A stretch of DNA of 64,000 nt from SAR86 cluster bacterium SAR86E. Lineage in GTDB: Bacteria > Pseudomonadota > Gammaproteobacteria > Magnimaribacterales > D2472. Shown piece after piece: positions 60,090 to 64,000 of the stretch. The stretch lies in the NCBI GenBank assembly GCA_000307935.1, contig AMWX01000001.1, positions 329,899 through 393,898 of the forward strand, read 5' to 3'. Position numbers and translations under genes: made by a program. The first letter of the stretch is position 1, and each line of letters starts with the position of its first letter. Below the pieces are notes generated by a model. The model did not search any database. It saw only the letters and a list, made by a program, of their open reading frames with translations, and was not told the DNA's origin.

Positions 60090-61735
60090 TGGTTAATTTT
60101 TTTAATCGATTCATCAACTATTTTACCGTCAAATGAGCTGATGATATCTTGAATTGCTGGATTTTCTAAAAGAGCGTTTTTATCTTTATTTAATTGATCC
60201 TTCACTGCATTTTCTTGAGCTGCCGCTGGAGATAATGTTATATCTCCACTCTCAATTTCAAGTGCAATTTTACTTCCAAAGTGAGATGACAAAGCTTCAA
60301 TAAATTCTGTTTTCAAACTATCCGTTGGGTTAATCATGTCGTCAGATTTTTTTAATTTTAGGACATCATTTTGCATACTGATAAATTCAAATTCTGAAAA
60401 AACTTGATTTACAAACATAGACAGCTCAAGCGAACCAAACACTGAATTCCATTCAAGCATATCCATGTCTGACTTATTTAAATTATTGGGAGGATTCTTT
60501 TCTGACGCAACTGCCTCTTGTGTTGAATGATCCAAAGAATTAGATTCTATTGCTATGGATGACTTCGGTTTTATGGAGATATTTTTATCTGGCGCCTCAA
60601 TTTTTTTTGATGGAGCTGTTATTTCAGGATTTTTTTTTTCTACTTTAGGCAACCCAGATTCTGACATAGGTTGAAAAGCAAGCATTCTCAGAATACAGAG
60701 CTCAAGAGCTTGCTTGGGTTGAGGGTGAATATGAAATTTACTAAGTGCGTTAAGTGCAATCTCATAATGCAATTGGGTTATTTGAGGATCAATCAATTTA
60801 GCTAAATCTTGAATTGAATGATCCTCACTGTTATCTAATTGCTGATGCAAAGAAATTTTATGAATGATAGAGATGAGTATTTTTAAAACTTGTTCATACT
60901 CGACATTGAGCTCTGTTATTTTATAAAGCGCCTCATAGGCTCCATCACCATCGGTCTGAATAATCTTATATAGCAGCTCAATAACATAAGATTGATCAAT
61001 GGTACCAAGCAATGCTTTGACCTCGTCAGAATTCAATGATCCGTTTCCATGAGCTATTGCTTGATCTAAAAGTGTAAGCCCGTCCCGAATGGATCCTTGA
61101 GCTGAGTTAGCTATTAACCTGATAGATTCCTCATCATATTTAATTGATTCAAGATCAAGCAATGACGAGATATGTGCCTGAATTTTTGACTCGGGGATTA
61201 TTTTTAAGTTTAGCTGCAAACATCTGGATAGAACTGTTTTTGGAACTTTTTCTGCTTCAGTGGTTGCCATTAGAAAAATAACATGTGGTGGTGGCTCTTC
61301 AAGAGTTTTTAAAAGAGCATTAAAACTACTTTTTGAAAGCATGTGCACTTCATCAATAAGATAAATCTTATAGCGAGCATTTGCTGGCTTATATTGAACT
61401 GATTCAAGCAACTCTCTCATATCATCAACACCAGTTCTGGATGCGGCATCTACCTCTAAAAACTCAATATGGCGACCGGCTTTAATTTCTTCGCATGCAC
61501 TGCATTCATTACATGGAGAAATGGTTGGTTGATCTCCATTTAAACAGTTCAAACATTTTGCAAATACCCTGGCAATGGTTGTTTTTCCAACTCCTCGTGT
61601 GCCACTGAAAATATATGCTTGATGAAGCTTGTTATGCGTAATGCTATTTTCTAAAGCTTGTAATATATGCTCTTGCCCAACAACTTCTGAGAAGGAAGCA
61701 GGCCGGTATTTTCTAGCTAAAACCTGATATGACAT
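60086..61735 (-). CDS. dnaX: DNA polymerase III gamma/tau
   Basis: LARKYRP, GTRGVGKT, DEVHML and SRC motifs. Confidence 0.97.
   Translation of the reverse strand: MSYQVLARKYRPASFSEVVGQEHILQALENSITHNKLHQAYIFSGTRGVGKTTIARVFAKCLNCLNGDQPTISPCNECSACEEIKAGRHIEFLEVDAASRTGVDDMRELLESVQYKPANARYKIYLIDEVHMLSKSSFNALLKTLEEPPPHVIFLMATTEAEKVPKTVLSRCLQLNLKIIPESKIQAHISSLLDLESIKYDEESIRLIANSAQGSIRDGLTLLDQAIAHGNGSLNSDEVKALLGTIDQSYVIELLYKIIQTDGDGAYEALYKITELNVEYEQVLKILISIIHKISLHQQLDNSEDHSIQDLAKLIDPQITQLHYEIALNALSKFHIHPQPKQALELCILRMLAFQPMSESGLPKVEKKNPEITAPSKKIEAPDKNISIKPKSSIAIESNSLDHSTQEAVASEKNPPNNLNKSDMDMLEWNSVFGSLELSMFVNQVFSEFEFISMQNDVLKLKKSDDMINPTDSLKTEFIEALSSHFGSKIALEIESGDITLSPAAAQENAVKDQLNKDKNALLENPAIQDIISSFDGKIVDESIKKINQ
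60630..60639 (-). other. A10 slippery run in dnaX (candidate site producing the gamma subunit)
   Basis: GAA AAA AAA AAT CCT GAA ATA A: both shifted frames reach a stop within 2-3 codons. Confidence 0.6.
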
Positions 61736-61758
61736 AGGTGTAAATCATACCATTGAAT

Positions 61759-62199
61759 TTATAAAACCCTTTCAATAATTTGGGTGGTAAAGCCCCTGTT
61801 AAAGAGGAATTGTTTTTGTTTCATTTTAGACTGATAGTCAGTGGGTTCAATGCCTTTAAATTTCTTTTTAAGTTCCTGCAAAGCATTTTCTAACCAACCT
61901 TCATAGGCCTCTATTGCATCATTAATCAGATAGGATTCAACGCGTTTAGCATTAAGCTCCATTTCTATTTTCTTCGGGCCAAATCCTTTTCTGGCTCTTG
62001 AATTGAGATACATTTCAGCAAAACGCTCATCATCTATAATTTTATTAAGTTTAAGTTTTTCTAGAACATCCTCAATAATGGATATGTGATCTGGAAAACG
62101 TTTATCTAATTTTTGAAAAACTTCATGCCGTGAATGTTCTCGCCTAGATACAATATCGAGTGATTTATTGTAAATTACTGTAAATGCTTCAGAGGTCAT
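61759..62199 (-). CDS. recX: Regulatory protein RecX
   Basis: SRREHS, DDERFA, GPKKI and FLFNRGF motifs. Confidence 0.92.
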   Translation of the reverse strand: MTSEAFTVIYNKSLDIVSRREHSRHEVFQKLDKRFPDHISIIEDVLEKLKLNKIIDDERFAEMYLNSRARKGFGPKKIEMELNAKRVESYLINDAIEAYEGWLENALQELKKKFKGIEPTDYQSKMKQKQFLFNRGFTTQIIERVL

Positions 62200-62663
62200 T
62201 ACAGGGGCATAACCCTTGATTTACCTCTATTTTTAATAATCTTGACTCTTTGACCGACGGCAAAACTATACTCGCCTTCCTCTTGAATAATGGAGACTGT
62301 TTTACCAGAATCTAAGTTAAGCATCAGTTCAATCGCTGGCTTCCTAGTTGCAGCATCACCAATCTTTGAACCCACAGCAGATCCAACCAAAGCCCCTAAG
62401 ACTCCAGCAATATCAGATTCTGTTTCTGAGTCAGTGACTGAGGCACCAGTAACACCTCCAATAATAGCTCCTGCAACTGCTCCAGTATCGCCATCGCCTG
62501 ATAACACAACCCTATCAATAGATACAACAGTTGCAAAAATAACAGTTTGCATCTTTTGGGCTGATGATCGATCGACTACTTCAGGTCTTAAAGAGTTATA
62601 TGAACATCCTGCTAAAAAAATTATTGAGATAATTAGGGTGCTTAAATGATTAAGTTTTTTCAT
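62199..62663 (-). CDS. Glycine-zipper 2TM outer-membrane lipoprotein (SlyB-like)
   Basis: Lipobox LAGC; GAVAGAIIGG...GALVGSAVG; GQRV. Confidence 0.88.
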   Translation of the reverse strand: MKKLNHLSTLIISIIFLAGCSYNSLRPEVVDRSSAQKMQTVIFATVVSIDRVVLSGDGDTGAVAGAIIGGVTGASVTDSETESDIAGVLGALVGSAVGSKIGDAATRKPAIELMLNLDSGKTVSIIQEEGEYSFAVGQRVKIIKNRGKSRVMPL

Positions 62664-63072
62664 CTTCTTCGGTCTCCTGTTTAAAATTCTTTTCTAATTC
62701 ATCTGCGATTAAAAAATATGTCTTGCCCTTATAAAAACCGTTCAGGAGTTTTACCTCATGAATTGCCCCATTAAACCTTGTGTCGATAATTGTAAGTTCA
62801 TCATTTTTTTTTAACCTTACTAAATTTCTTGCGTCAACAGGTGAAAATGCATCCCACATTTGGTTCTTTCTACTGCGATGAGTATGGTAGGCATCACTTG
62901 ATAAAAAATATACCACTTGGCCTACACCATGAGATTGGGAATATGAACCATTTCTAATTAATTGCCAAGTGCTCCCTTTAAGCAATTCATCTGCTTGTTT
63001 ATCATCAGCTAGGTTAAATTGAGAAATACTACAAAATAGTATTAGTGAGGTAATTTTTAAGTACTGAATCAT
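62650..63072 (-). CDS. Exported hypothetical protein
   Basis: Signal peptide; overlaps the downstream lipoprotein gene. Confidence 0.6.
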   Translation of the reverse strand: MIQYLKITSLILFCSISQFNLADDKQADELLKGSTWQLIRNGSYSQSHGVGQVVYFLSSDAYHTHRSRKNQMWDAFSPVDARNLVRLKKNDELTIIDTRFNGAIHEVKLLNGFYKGKTYFLIADELEKNFKQETEEDEKT

Positions 63073-63111
63073 ATCTATTAAGACTCTAATTTTACAAAAA
63101 AGTTCATCATT

Positions 63112-63495
63112 TTACGTAAGGTAAGAAAAAATACCAAAAAAGCTCATGGCCAACATTAGCAACCATGACCCTAATGCTCCCACAACTCTATAGGGGGTAC
63201 TTTCTCTTGAAATAGAAAGTCCATAAGCGTGCAGTATCCTAAATAAAAAAAATAATGAGCCTAATAAATGCAAAACCCATGCTTCAGCACCCTGCATTTC
63301 AATTAACCCAAGTAGAATCAAAGCCAATGGAGCATGTTCAATTAAATTTCCATGAGCTCTCACCGCTTGTAATAACTCAGCTGAATCTCCCTCACCCAGC
63401 ATAGTATTGGTCCTGCCTCTGGCGAAACCAGTATTAAGACCCAAAAAAATTGCTAATATCGTCAGCAGTGAAGCATATAAAAGTGTAATTTCCAT
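63112..63495 (-). CDS. MAPEG family membrane protein
   Basis: VRAHGNLIE and RILHAYG motifs. Confidence 0.9.
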   Translation of the reverse strand: MEITLLYASLLTILAIFLGLNTGFARGRTNTMLGEGDSAELLQAVRAHGNLIEHAPLALILLGLIEMQGAEAWVLHLLGSLFFLFRILHAYGLSISRESTPYRVVGALGSWLLMLAMSFFGIFSYLT

Positions 63496-63603
63496 AACGG
63501 TAAAATATTAAAAATTATTCATCCTTGGTTTAGTTTAAACTCAAGAAGCAAAAGATTGGAATAATTCATTTAAAAAAATGCATCTTCTATTAAAATGCTT
63601 ATT

Positions 63604-64000
63604 ATGGATGCCATAGAAAATCTTTTAACTAGAAACTCTCCAAGGGAGCTTTCACTACCTGCACCATCTAAGGAAGACATGCAGGAAATCTATCAAGCTG
63701 CTTTGAGGGCGCCTGATCATGCCTGGTTGAGACCCTCTCGCTTTATTGAGGTAAGAGGAGAATCTCTGCAAAAACTATCTAATATTTTTGAAGATTTTGC
63801 TAATGAGCATATTGAAAATATAACTCCTGAGCTGCTTGAAAAATACAAAGCTGCTCCCTTTAGAGCGCCAATGATAGTTATCCTTGCAACAAAAATTACT
63901 GAACATCCAAAAGTTCCAGCCACAGAACAAATGCTTTCAACAGCAGCTGCAGCTCAGAATATTTTATTAGCTTTGCATGCTAAAAATTATGCTGGTATTT
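63604..64000 (+). CDS. Nitroreductase (YdjA-like), partial
   Basis: Hand translation MDAIENLLTRNSPREL..PAPS...AALRAPDHAWLRP...RAPMI...AAAQNILLALHA; runs off window. Confidence 0.9.
   Translation, partial: MDAIENLLTRNSPRELSLPAPSKEDMQEIYQAALRAPDHAWLRPSRFIEVRGESLQKLSNIFEDFANEHIENITPELLEKYKAAPFRAPMIVILATKITEHPKVPATEQMLSTAAAAQNILLALHAKNYAGI

Noticed and set aside
1..64000. CRISPR arrays, IS elements, rRNA, long tandem repeats
   Set aside because: None seen; intergenic gaps are too short and contain no periodic repeats

Overview
AT-rich, densely packed chromosomal DNA from a streamlined marine gammaproteobacterium. The gene content (green proteorhodopsin, TonB-dependent receptors, fabY-like KAS, very short intergenic gaps) suggests the SAR86 clade, but this is inferred and not tested phylogenetically. 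Most of the window is housekeeping: typA, rhlE, metB, fabI, ppiD-hupB-lon-clpX-clpP-tig, folD, folE, gpsA, htpG, xseA, sppA, hda, purMN, dcd, recR, dnaX, recX and five tRNAs. I found no CRISPR array, transposase or intact integrase. The most unusual signal is a three-gene 2-oxoacid oxidoreductase operon (13565-18449). Its GltD/SudA-like flavoprotein subunit carries an in-frame N-terminal domain resembling the DUF6538 arm-type domain of tyrosine integrases, and a two-hairpin leader precedes it. Other notable items: a SAM-II riboswitch with a terminator/antiterminator before metB, a candidate SD-pairing pseudoknot before folE, an A10 slippage site in dnaX, proteorhodopsin lying between tRNA-Val and tRNA-Asp, a GDH with an animal-like antenna insert, secreted proteins with ATCUN-like N-termini, and evidence of leaderless/bidirectional promoters. 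All family calls come from motif recognition by eye; no database searches were run.
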